Below, in pieces: positions 49,139 through 56,396 of a stretch of 64,000 nucleotides of DNA. The position numbers and the translations under genes are program-made. The stretch comes from Bacteroidales bacterium (GTDB taxonomy: Bacteria > Bacteroidota > Bacteroidia > Bacteroidales > UBA3663), in the NCBI GenBank assembly GCA_045628525.1, contig JAZQPJ010000097.1, positions 10,364 through 74,363 on the forward strand. Direction: 5' to 3'. The notes below the pieces were generated by a model. That model worked only from the letters and a program-made list of their open reading frames with translations. It was not told the DNA's origin and ran no database searches. Position 1 is the first letter of the stretch. The number at the start of each line of letters is the position of its first letter.

Positions 49139-50173
49139 ATGACCACCGACACTCAGAAGACAGCCCTCCTCACCTTTGCCCGCCGCTTGCTTTGGGCGGC
49201 ATTGCCCCTGTTCCTGCTTGGGCTGATCTATCTGTGCATAGATCCGTTCAAGGTCGTCTGGCACTACGACAACTTCTACCCCACCCAGACCTCGGGCGGC
49301 ATTGCGCTCAATCCCGGCTACGTGGCCACTCAAACCTACCGCCACCAGCAGGCCCAGCAGCACTACAACGCCTTCATCTTCGGCAACTCGCGCAGCATCT
49401 ATTACCCCGTTGCCCAATGGCGGGAGTGTGTGGGCGATCCGCAGATGCAGCCATTCCACTTCGATGCCGCCGCCGAGTCGCTCATGGGCTTGTGGCTCAA
49501 AGTCCAATTTATCGACCGACAGGGAGGCGAGCTGCGCCATGCCCTCATCGTCACCGATGTCTCCATGCTCGGCAAGCTCGACTGCGACCACTGGCATCTG
49601 TGCGAGACACCGCCCGCCCTCTGCTCCTACCAGAACGCCGTGAATTTCTACTGGTACAATTTCCGCGCTTTCCTCAATCCTGAGTATTTCATCGCACTGA
49701 CCGACTACAGCCTCTTCCATCAGCTCCGTCCCTATATGCTCCGCAATCACCTGCTCAGCGAGGACATGTTCCGCTACGACTCCATCGCCAACGAGTGCGA
49801 CTTCCTGCCCATGGAGCAGGCCATCGCGCAGGGCTGGTATTACACCCCCGAGCGCATCGCCCTCTTCCAGGGGCAGCAATACCCCGACTCCGTGTCGCCC
49901 AGCTGCATCGGGCAGCCGCATCTGGCCTTGCTCGACTCCATTGCCTCCGTCTTCCTTCGACACCAGACGCAATGCCACATCATCATCAGTCCACTCTACA
50001 ATCAGATACGCATCCACCCATCCGACCTTGAGGCGCTACGCCAACGCTTTGGTTCGTCGCAGGTGCATGACTTCTCGGGCCCCAATGCGTGGAATGCCGA
50101 CTATCACAACTACTACGAGACCTCGCACTACCGGACGCACGTCGCCAGTGCTCTGCTCGATTCAATCTATTAA
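49139..50173 (+). CDS. Single-pass membrane protein of unknown function, positional partner of the MBOAT enzyme
   Basis: 344 aa. N-terminal anchor LLWAALPLFLLGLIYLCI. Starts 6 nt after the MBOAT stop. I recognise no catalytic signature. Confidence 0.7.
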   Translation: MTTDTQKTALLTFARRLLWAALPLFLLGLIYLCIDPFKVVWHYDNFYPTQTSGGIALNPGYVATQTYRHQQAQQHYNAFIFGNSRSIYYPVAQWRECVGDPQMQPFHFDAAAESLMGLWLKVQFIDRQGGELRHALIVTDVSMLGKLDCDHWHLCETPPALCSYQNAVNFYWYNFRAFLNPEYFIALTDYSLFHQLRPYMLRNHLLSEDMFRYDSIANECDFLPMEQAIAQGWYYTPERIALFQGQQYPDSVSPSCIGQPHLALLDSIASVFLRHQTQCHIIISPLYNQIRIHPSDLEALRQRFGSSQVHDFSGPNAWNADYHNYYETSHYRTHVASALLDSIY

Positions 50174-50175
50174 CT

Positions 50176-51390
50176 ATGTCCGAACGTCTCTGGAACCGCA
50201 ACTATCTGCGTGCATGGTGTGCCAACTTCACCATCTTCTTCTCGTTCATGCTCATCGTGCCCCTGCTGCCCATCTACCTGCAGGAGGAGTACGGGGCATC
50301 GAAGGATGTGATCGGCGTGGTGCTGAGCGGCTACACCGTGGTGGCGTTGCTCACCCGTGCCACCAGCGGCTATGTGGTCGATCATTATCCGCGCAAGCAG
50401 GTGCTCGTTCTGGGCTTCGTGTTGCTCACCGCCTTCTTTTCCGGCTATCTGGCTGCAGGTTCCTTGCTGCTTTTTGCCTGTGTACGCACGCTGCATGGCA
50501 TGCCGTTCGGCCTCTCCACCGTCTCCAATAGTACCGTGGCCATCGATGTCCTGCCCGCCTCGCGTCGTGCTGAGGGCATCGGCTATTACGGGCTCTCCAA
50601 CAACGTCGCCACCGCCATCTCCCCCACCATCGGCTTGTGGCTGTACGACACTTTCCACGACTTCGACATCCTCTTCTGCACCTCCATGGGCGTAGCGCTG
50701 CTGGGAACAATTGCGGTCGCAGGTATAAAGATAGACCCGCCCCTACCTTGTGGCTCTCGCAGCCATGAAAAAGGCTTGATAAGCCTTGGGCGAGAAAGAA
50801 AGGGGGAGGGTATTCTCTCCCATTTCTTCCTCACCGCCGCCTGGCGTCAGGCAGTGGCCATTGCCTGTTATTCCTTTGCCTACGGCGTGGTGAGCACCTA
50901 TGTAGCCATCTACGGGCGCGAAGAATTGGACATCCAGGGTGGTTCGGGCCTCTTCTTCGCCCTGCTGGCATCGGGTCTGATCCTCTCCCGTCTGGTGGGC
51001 AGCCGCACACTGCGGAGGGGTCTGGTGGTGCGCAATGCCTCCATCGGCGTCAGCATCAGCTGCGTGGGCTATCTGCTCTTTGCCCTGCTGCACAACGAGG
51101 TGGGCTACTACGGCGCCGCGCTGCTCATCGGCCTGGGCAACGGACACTTGTGGCCGGCGTTCCAGACCATGTTCATCAACCTGGGCCCCACCAGCAAACG
51201 CGGAACTGCCAATGCTTCGTTGCTCACATCGTGGGATCTGGGCGTAGGCATTGGCGTCATCAGTGGAGGCTTCGCCATCGAGCACTTCGGCTACCACACG
51301 GCCTTCTGGTGCGCATGGGTGGTCGAAGCACTAGGCGTGCTCTTCTATTTCGTAAAAATCAGGGGTTATCGCTCGTCACCCGAGCCATGA
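50176..51390 (+). CDS. MFS transporter
   Basis: Start at MSERLWNRNYLRAWCANF (ATG 50176, 2 nt after the upstream stop). 12-TM pattern. Confidence 0.85.
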   Translation: MSERLWNRNYLRAWCANFTIFFSFMLIVPLLPIYLQEEYGASKDVIGVVLSGYTVVALLTRATSGYVVDHYPRKQVLVLGFVLLTAFFSGYLAAGSLLLFACVRTLHGMPFGLSTVSNSTVAIDVLPASRRAEGIGYYGLSNNVATAISPTIGLWLYDTFHDFDILFCTSMGVALLGTIAVAGIKIDPPLPCGSRSHEKGLISLGRERKGEGILSHFFLTAAWRQAVAIACYSFAYGVVSTYVAIYGREELDIQGGSGLFFALLASGLILSRLVGSRTLRRGLVVRNASIGVSISCVGYLLFALLHNEVGYYGAALLIGLGNGHLWPAFQTMFINLGPTSKRGTANASLLTSWDLGVGIGVISGGFAIEHFGYHTAFWCAWVVEALGVLFYFVKIRGYRSSPEP

Positions 51391-51692
51391 ATCTTGTCGC
51401 GCTGCATACGCGACGCCAGCTTGTCGAGGTTCATCTGGCACACCTCGTCGAGCGTGTAGCCCAGGTCGTGGGCCAGGGCAGCAGCATACCACATCACGTC
51501 GCCCAACTCCAGGGCAATCTGGTGGCGACGCTCGGCCGAGAACTCGTCATTGTTGTCACGAATCACCTTCTTGACCTTGTCGGCCACCTCGCCAGCCTCA
51601 CCGGTCAGTCCGAGCGTGGGATAGATGATGCGGCGCGACTCCGGGTAGATGGCCGTGGAGCGTGCGCCCTCCTGGTATTCATTGATTTTCAT
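51366..51692 (-). CDS. MazG-like nucleotide pyrophosphohydrolase
   Basis: 108 aa. LTGEAGEVADKVKK and ELGDVMWY (EExxE/D-type MazG motifs). Confidence 0.85.
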   Translation of the reverse strand: MKINEYQEGARSTAIYPESRRIIYPTLGLTGEAGEVADKVKKVIRDNNDEFSAERRHQIALELGDVMWYAAALAHDLGYTLDEVCQMNLDKLASRMQRDKIHGSGDER

Positions 51693-52252
51693 ACGGTAGT
51701 GTCGTTATTTAGTTCCCGCAGGTAGTTCATATAGACGCGGATGGCAGTCTCGACCATTCGTATGCATGGACGCTTGCGGTAATATTCGTCCGTGCGCGCT
51801 TCGGGCGTGGCACAGATCACTATTTCGGGTATCGAGCCATCGGCACGCTGCTTGTTCAGCCCCAGCAGCTCCTTGCAGACGATACTGCCCGTCACAGCCT
51901 TGAAGTCGGCAGCCAGCCGTTGCACCGCGGCATAGGTCGCGGCCTTAATGGTGGCATCGGCCTGTTCGGATGCCACCTCCAGCCCTACCAGCATGAACAT
52001 GCCCAGAGCCGAGCCGCACGTCTCACGCATACGGCCGATGCCGCCACCATACGAGGCCGAGAGGCGCGCCATCAGTCCCTGCGGGATGCCGTACCAGTCG
52101 GCAAAGGTCATGGCCACCGACTGCGAGCAGTTGTAGCCCTGCTTGAACAGTGCCACACCCTTGGCCACACGGGCCTCGGTCTCGGCAGCCCAGTCTGTCA
52201 CATCGGCAGCCATGGTTGCGCGGTTTTCTGTCGATTCTCTCAACGTCTCCAA
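51689..52252 (-). CDS. C_GCAxxG_C_C family protein
   Basis: YNCSQSV, ETCGSALG, IVCKEL and RPCIRMV reproduce the C-GCAxxG-C-C cysteine pattern. Confidence 0.8.
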   Translation of the reverse strand: METLRESTENRATMAADVTDWAAETEARVAKGVALFKQGYNCSQSVAMTFADWYGIPQGLMARLSASYGGGIGRMRETCGSALGMFMLVGLEVASEQADATIKAATYAAVQRLAADFKAVTGSIVCKELLGLNKQRADGSIPEIVICATPEARTDEYYRKRPCIRMVETAIRVYMNYLRELNNDTTV

Positions 52253-52262
52253 TTGTCTTTCC

Positions 52263-53129
52263 TTACTTCTTGAAGCCAGGATCAGGCAGGTGCATACCGG
52301 CCATGGTCAGACCATTGGCCTTGGCATATTCCAGAATGCGCTTGCGGCTCTCGACCGACTTCGCCTTGTCCATGTCGTAGTTCGAATTGTACTCCGGGTG
52401 CTCCTCCTGCAGGGCCAGGCCATGCATCAGGTCGCCGATCACCAGCAGCTCGCCCTTCTGGAACACGGTGTGGCCCGGCGTGTGACCCACGGCATCCATG
52501 GCCACCACACCGCAAGGCAGGGTGTCGCCAAAGGCAAACTGATGCAGACGCTCGGCATAGAGTTCCAGGGCGCCGCGCTGCAAGCCGGTCTTCTCGGCAG
52601 GCATCTGGTTCATCCAGGCATCATACTCCACAGCACCCACATACACCTCGGCGCGGGCAAAGGCAGCGCCCTCCTCACCCATCAGGCCGCCCACATGATC
52701 GCCATGCAGATGGGTCAGATAGATCATGTCGATGCTGTCGGCACTCAGTCCGATGGCTGCCAGTCGCTCAGCCATGTGTCCGCCCATCTTAGGTCCAAGG
52801 CCGGCGTCGAACAGGATGTTCTTGCCCTCGGTCTTGAGCAGGAAGGTGCTGACCGAAGCAGGCATGCCGTTGGTCAGGCCCAGGCTGTCAATCAGGGCAT
52901 CAGGGGCATCCGAGAAGAGGTCGCGCGAGTTCATCTTCTCGCCTTCGTTGTCCTTCAGCCAGATCACTTGACTGCCATCAGCCAGGGTCATGGCGCTCAC
53001 GCCTTCGATGCCGTCATAGCACGAAGCCTCCTCTGCCTGTTGCTCAGGCTGTGGGTTCTTATTGGTACAGGCGCTCAATACGCCCAAAGTGGCCAACACA
53101 GCCACCGATAAGAATGTAGTCTTCTTCAT
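52263..53129 (-). CDS. MBL-fold metallo-hydrolase lipoprotein
   Basis: Lipobox VLSAC. Motif LTHLHGDHVGG (HxHxDH). Confidence 0.88.
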   Translation of the reverse strand: MKKTTFLSVAVLATLGVLSACTNKNPQPEQQAEEASCYDGIEGVSAMTLADGSQVIWLKDNEGEKMNSRDLFSDAPDALIDSLGLTNGMPASVSTFLLKTEGKNILFDAGLGPKMGGHMAERLAAIGLSADSIDMIYLTHLHGDHVGGLMGEEGAAFARAEVYVGAVEYDAWMNQMPAEKTGLQRGALELYAERLHQFAFGDTLPCGVVAMDAVGHTPGHTVFQKGELLVIGDLMHGLALQEEHPEYNSNYDMDKAKSVESRKRILEYAKANGLTMAGMHLPDPGFKK

Positions 53130-53144
53130 CTTTGTCTTGGTGGA

Positions 53145-53363
53145 TTATTCTTTGGTTTCTTCCTTCTTGGCCTCGGTCTCCTGCTGCTTATCCTTCAGGA
53201 CTGCCTCGCCCTCCTTCATGCCGTCTTTGAAACTCTTGACGCCGGCACCCAAGCCACGCATCAACTCCGGAATCTTCTTGCCGCCAAAGAGGAGCAATGC
53301 CACTACTGCAATCAGCACAAGCTCGGTCGTGCCGATCATGCCTAAAAATGGGATCTGTAACAT
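53145..53363 (-). CDS. tatA: Twin-arginine translocase subunit TatA/E
   Basis: MLQIPFLGMIGTTELVLIAVVALLLFGGKKIPELMRGLG. 72 aa with a charged C-terminus. An alternative start is ATG 53339. Confidence 0.85.
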   Translation of the reverse strand: MLQIPFLGMIGTTELVLIAVVALLLFGGKKIPELMRGLGAGVKSFKDGMKEGEAVLKDKQQETEAKKEETKE

Positions 53364-53376
53364 ATATAAGGGTTTT

Positions 53377-53431
53377 AAGAGTATTAAAGGTTTGAAGAGT
53401 ATTAAGGGATTGAAGGGGTTCGAACCTTCAA
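53377..53431. repeat. 18-bp tandem repeat (2.5 copies) ending in a GGTTCGAA-loop hairpin, in the tatA leader
   Basis: aagagtattaaaggtttg (53377-53394), aagagtattaagggattg (53395-53412), then ttgaagg-ggttcgaa-ccttcaa (53410-53431). Confidence 0.75.
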
Positions 53432-53463
53432 ACCACACGTGCCAAACAAAGCACATCTCGCTG

Positions 53464-53471
53464 CAAAAATA
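53464..53471 (-). promoter_or_regulatory. -7 promoter box TATTTTTG for tatA
   Basis: The complement of caaaaata is a perfect TAnnTTTG, about 100 nt upstream of ATG 53363. Confidence 0.45.
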
Positions 53472-53514
53472 CAAAAATAATGCATACGTTGTACCAAAAC
53501 TCAACGATTTTTTG

Positions 53515-53522
53515 TAATTTTG
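53515..53522 (+). promoter_or_regulatory. -7 promoter box TAATTTTG for the M16 peptidase gene
   Basis: Perfect TAnnTTTG, 32 nt upstream of ATG 53554. Confidence 0.5.
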
Positions 53523-53553
53523 CGCTGGTTTACACCCAAAAGACAATATCAAA

Positions 53554-54867
53554 ATGGCAAATCTCACGGCTGCTTCGCCCAAATACCACACCATCACACT
53601 GCCCTGCGGCCTCCGCATCGTCTATCGCCATCAGGCATCGCCTGTCAGCTACTGCGGTTTCATGCTCGACTGCGGCACACGCCACGAAGCCTCGCCCGGT
53701 CAGTTCGGACTGGCGCACTTCATCGAACACATCCTCTTCAAAGGCACCACCCATCGCGACTCCTGGCACATCAACAACCGCATGGAAAGCGTAGGCGGCG
53801 AACTCAACGCGTTCACCACTAAGGAGGAGACCACCTTCTATTCCGCCTTCCTCAGCCACGACTACGAACGCGCCATCGAGCTGCTGTGCGACCTCGTGTG
53901 CCACGCCACCGCCCCCGAACGCGAGTTGCTCAAGGAGCAGGAGGTGGTTATCGACGAGATCATGTCCTATCGCGACACGCCATCGGAGCTCATCTACGAC
54001 GAATTCGAGAACCGCCTCTTCGCCGACCATCCCCTCGGCCACAACATCCTGGGCAGTGAGGAGACCGTGCGCCAGTTCCACAGCCAGACCTGCCTCGACT
54101 TCATACGCCACAACTACATCCCCCAGCGCACCGTCTTCTTCTATCAGGGCGAGGTGAGCTATGAGCGGGTGCTCAAGAGCGTAATGAAGCATTATGCTGC
54201 TGAGGCAGAATTAGGAATGAGAAATGAGGAATTAGGAATCAATAATGTTTCGCAAGCCTCCATCCAGCAGAACAAACCTGATTCCTCACTCCTCATTCCT
54301 AATTCCTCATTAACGAATGACAATGGGATTGTCATTCGTTCCGGTCACAACCAGAGCCACGTCCTGCTCGGCACCACCACCTACCCCATCGGGCACCCCA
54401 ACGCTGCAGCCCTGGCGCTGATCAACAACATGCTAGGCGGTCCCGGCATGAACAGTCGCCTCAACCTCGCATTGCGCGAGCGTCGCGGCTTGGTCTATAA
54501 TGTGGAGAGCAACGTCACCACCTACACCGATGCCGGCTACTTCAGCATCTACTTCGGCTGCGACCATCAGGACGTGCACCGATGCCTCCGCCTCTGCCAT
54601 CAGCAAATCGAGCACCTGCGCCTCAATCCCCTCTCCCCTGCCCAGCTCGCCGCTGCCAAGCGCCAGTTGCGCGGACAGTTAGGTGTCGGCTCGGCCAACA
54701 TGGAGAACTCCGCCATTCTCATGGCCAAGAACCTGCTCCGCCTGGGCCACGTGGAGAGCCTCGAAGAGACATGTCAGCGCATCGATGCAGTCACCCCCGA
54801 ACAGATCACCGAAGTTATGAACCAACTTTTCAACAAAGAGCGGTTGATAAGTGTGGTTATCGAATAA
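53554..54867 (+). CDS. M16 family (insulinase/pitrilysin-like) zinc peptidase
   Basis: 437 aa. Inverted zinc motif HFIEH (HxxEH) followed by LFKGT. Confidence 0.9.
   Translation: MANLTAASPKYHTITLPCGLRIVYRHQASPVSYCGFMLDCGTRHEASPGQFGLAHFIEHILFKGTTHRDSWHINNRMESVGGELNAFTTKEETTFYSAFLSHDYERAIELLCDLVCHATAPERELLKEQEVVIDEIMSYRDTPSELIYDEFENRLFADHPLGHNILGSEETVRQFHSQTCLDFIRHNYIPQRTVFFYQGEVSYERVLKSVMKHYAAEAELGMRNEELGINNVSQASIQQNKPDSSLLIPNSSLTNDNGIVIRSGHNQSHVLLGTTTYPIGHPNAAALALINNMLGGPGMNSRLNLALRERRGLVYNVESNVTTYTDAGYFSIYFGCDHQDVHRCLRLCHQQIEHLRLNPLSPAQLAAAKRQLRGQLGVGSANMENSAILMAKNLLRLGHVESLEETCQRIDAVTPEQITEVMNQLFNKERLISVVIE
54208..54340. repeat. Intragenic AT-rich tract with a 17-bp inverted repeat and a 13-bp perfect hairpin
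   Basis: aatgaggaattaggaat (54223-54239) pairs with attcctaattcctcatt (54295-54311). aacgaatgacaat (54312-54324) pairs with attgtcattcgtt (54328-54340). Confidence 0.8.
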
Positions 54868-55121
54868 TATCAGCGGGTTATACACGCCCTGAGGAACACT
54901 CCGAAACCGGTTTTCAACATTTATCAACCAAGTTATCAACACAAGGGATTGTGTATCTACTTGGCAACGTCTGGAACATCTCCACAATAATCTCAGCCTT
55001 GGTCGGTATGGCCTCGCGGGCGGACAGATGCGTCGTCTCATAGAAGTGGTGCAGGGGATCGTCATTGACCTTTTGCCACTCGCCATCGCGTCCGCCCCAT
55101 CCGCTGCCGTGCCTGATGATG

Positions 55122-56249
55122 CTACTTGCAGGGTGAGAAGCGGAAGATCGTGGTGCTGTGGAAGGTCTCGCCTGGACGCAATGCAGTGCTGGGCCACTGG
55201 GGTTTGTTGGGCGAGTCGGGGAAGTGCATGGTCTCGAAGCAGATGGCATTGCGGCGAGGGTAGGCCTGGCCGCCCTTGCCGATGATGTTGCCCTTGTGGC
55301 CGTTGGCTGTGTAGATCTGCAGGGCGGGCTCGGTGGTGAAGACCTCCATGGTGAGGGAGGTAGAGGGGTCGGTGAGGCGGGCTGCCATGTGAGGGGCCTC
55401 GGTCAAGGCAGCACCTCTAAGCTGGTAGCAGTGGTCGTAGCCGCCAGTCACTTTCAGCTGGTCGTTCTCCTCGTCGATGCGCTCGCCGATGGGGCGGGGT
55501 TGGCGGAAGTCGAAGGGGGTGCCGGCTACGGCTCCCAGCTGGCCGGTCACTTTCTTCTTGTCGTCATAGAGGGCGATGCTGTCACTGTCGATCCACAGCT
55601 CTTCGCTCAGCACATCGGCCGAGAGGTCGCCCGTGAGGTTGAAGAAGGTGTGGTTCGAGGGGTTGAGCACCGTGGGCTTGGTGGTGCGTGCCTGGTAATC
55701 GATGCGCAGGCCGTCAGAGGTGAGGGTGTAGGTGGTGAGCAGAGTGAGCTCGCCAGGGAAGCCGTTCTCCCCGTCGGGCGAGACGTAGCGCAGCGTCATG
55801 GTGGTGTCGGTGAGCGAGCCGGGCACCAGGCTCCACATGCGGCCGCCGAAGTTGGGGTCGCCGCCATGGCCGCAGTCACCGCTCGACTGTAGCTGCAGGT
55901 GGGCAGTGTCGCCATCCAGCACGTAGGTGCCATTCAGGATGCGCCCGATGTAGCGGCCCACGACGGCTCCGAAGTTCTGCTTCACCGTGCGGTAATGGCT
56001 GAGGGTGTCGAAGCCGAGCACCACGTCGGTGCCATCGACGGTGAGGCTCTGGATGCGAGCGCCCCAGTTGAGGGCGGTCATCTGCATCGTACCGTTGCGG
56101 AGTGTGTAGGCATGCAGGGTGGTGTCGGTGGGGGCATCGAGCCCGAGGGTGAAGAGGTCGGGCGCCGCCGTCTCATGCGAGGGGCTTCCTCCACATGCGG
56201 TGAGTGACAGCAGAATGGCTGGGAGTGCCAGGTGTGGGAGCTTGTTCAT
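55122..56249 (-). CDS. galM: Aldose 1-epimerase (galactose mutarotase) lipoprotein
   Basis: 375 aa. Lipobox LSLTAC. Blocks PSNHTFFNL and TGGYDHCY and the overall GalM pattern. Confidence 0.85.
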   Translation of the reverse strand: MNKLPHLALPAILLSLTACGGSPSHETAAPDLFTLGLDAPTDTTLHAYTLRNGTMQMTALNWGARIQSLTVDGTDVVLGFDTLSHYRTVKQNFGAVVGRYIGRILNGTYVLDGDTAHLQLQSSGDCGHGGDPNFGGRMWSLVPGSLTDTTMTLRYVSPDGENGFPGELTLLTTYTLTSDGLRIDYQARTTKPTVLNPSNHTFFNLTGDLSADVLSEELWIDSDSIALYDDKKKVTGQLGAVAGTPFDFRQPRPIGERIDEENDQLKVTGGYDHCYQLRGAALTEAPHMAARLTDPSTSLTMEVFTTEPALQIYTANGHKGNIIGKGGQAYPRRNAICFETMHFPDSPNKPQWPSTALRPGETFHSTTIFRFSPCK

Positions 56250-56332
56250 GTGTGGTATGATTATTTGAAGTGCACTCTAAAAGTGCTTTGCAACATTCCA
56301 GATATCCATCATAGAAATCAATCCTTATATGC

Positions 56333-56361
56333 AAAAGGTCCCGCACAATGCGAGACCTTTT
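56333..56361 (-). terminator. Hairpin terminator after the SusD-like gene
   Basis: Perfect 8-bp stem aaaaggtc (56333-56340) / gacctttt (56354-56361) with extra inner GC pairs. Confidence 0.45.
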
Positions 56362-56396
56362 GTATCTGAGTCGGGATTGTTCGTCCCGTTGGCTTA

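Noticed and set aside
53410-53431. tRNA T-arm-like GGTTCGAA
   Set aside because: The stem/loop geometry is wrong (8-nt loop). There is no acceptor, D or anticodon arm in the flanks on either strand. It lies inside a tandem repeat.
54911-54941. Replication origin, based on three DnaA-box-like 9-mers
   Set aside because: All copies deviate from TTATCCACA at the conserved C. There is no adjacent dnaA/dnaN, no AT-rich unwinding element, and only three boxes are present.
54914-55249. 111-aa minus ORF downstream of galM
   Set aside because: Its 5' third overlaps the galM 3' end in another frame. It has no promoter box and no recognisable motif. It is retained only as a possible decayed remnant in the findings.
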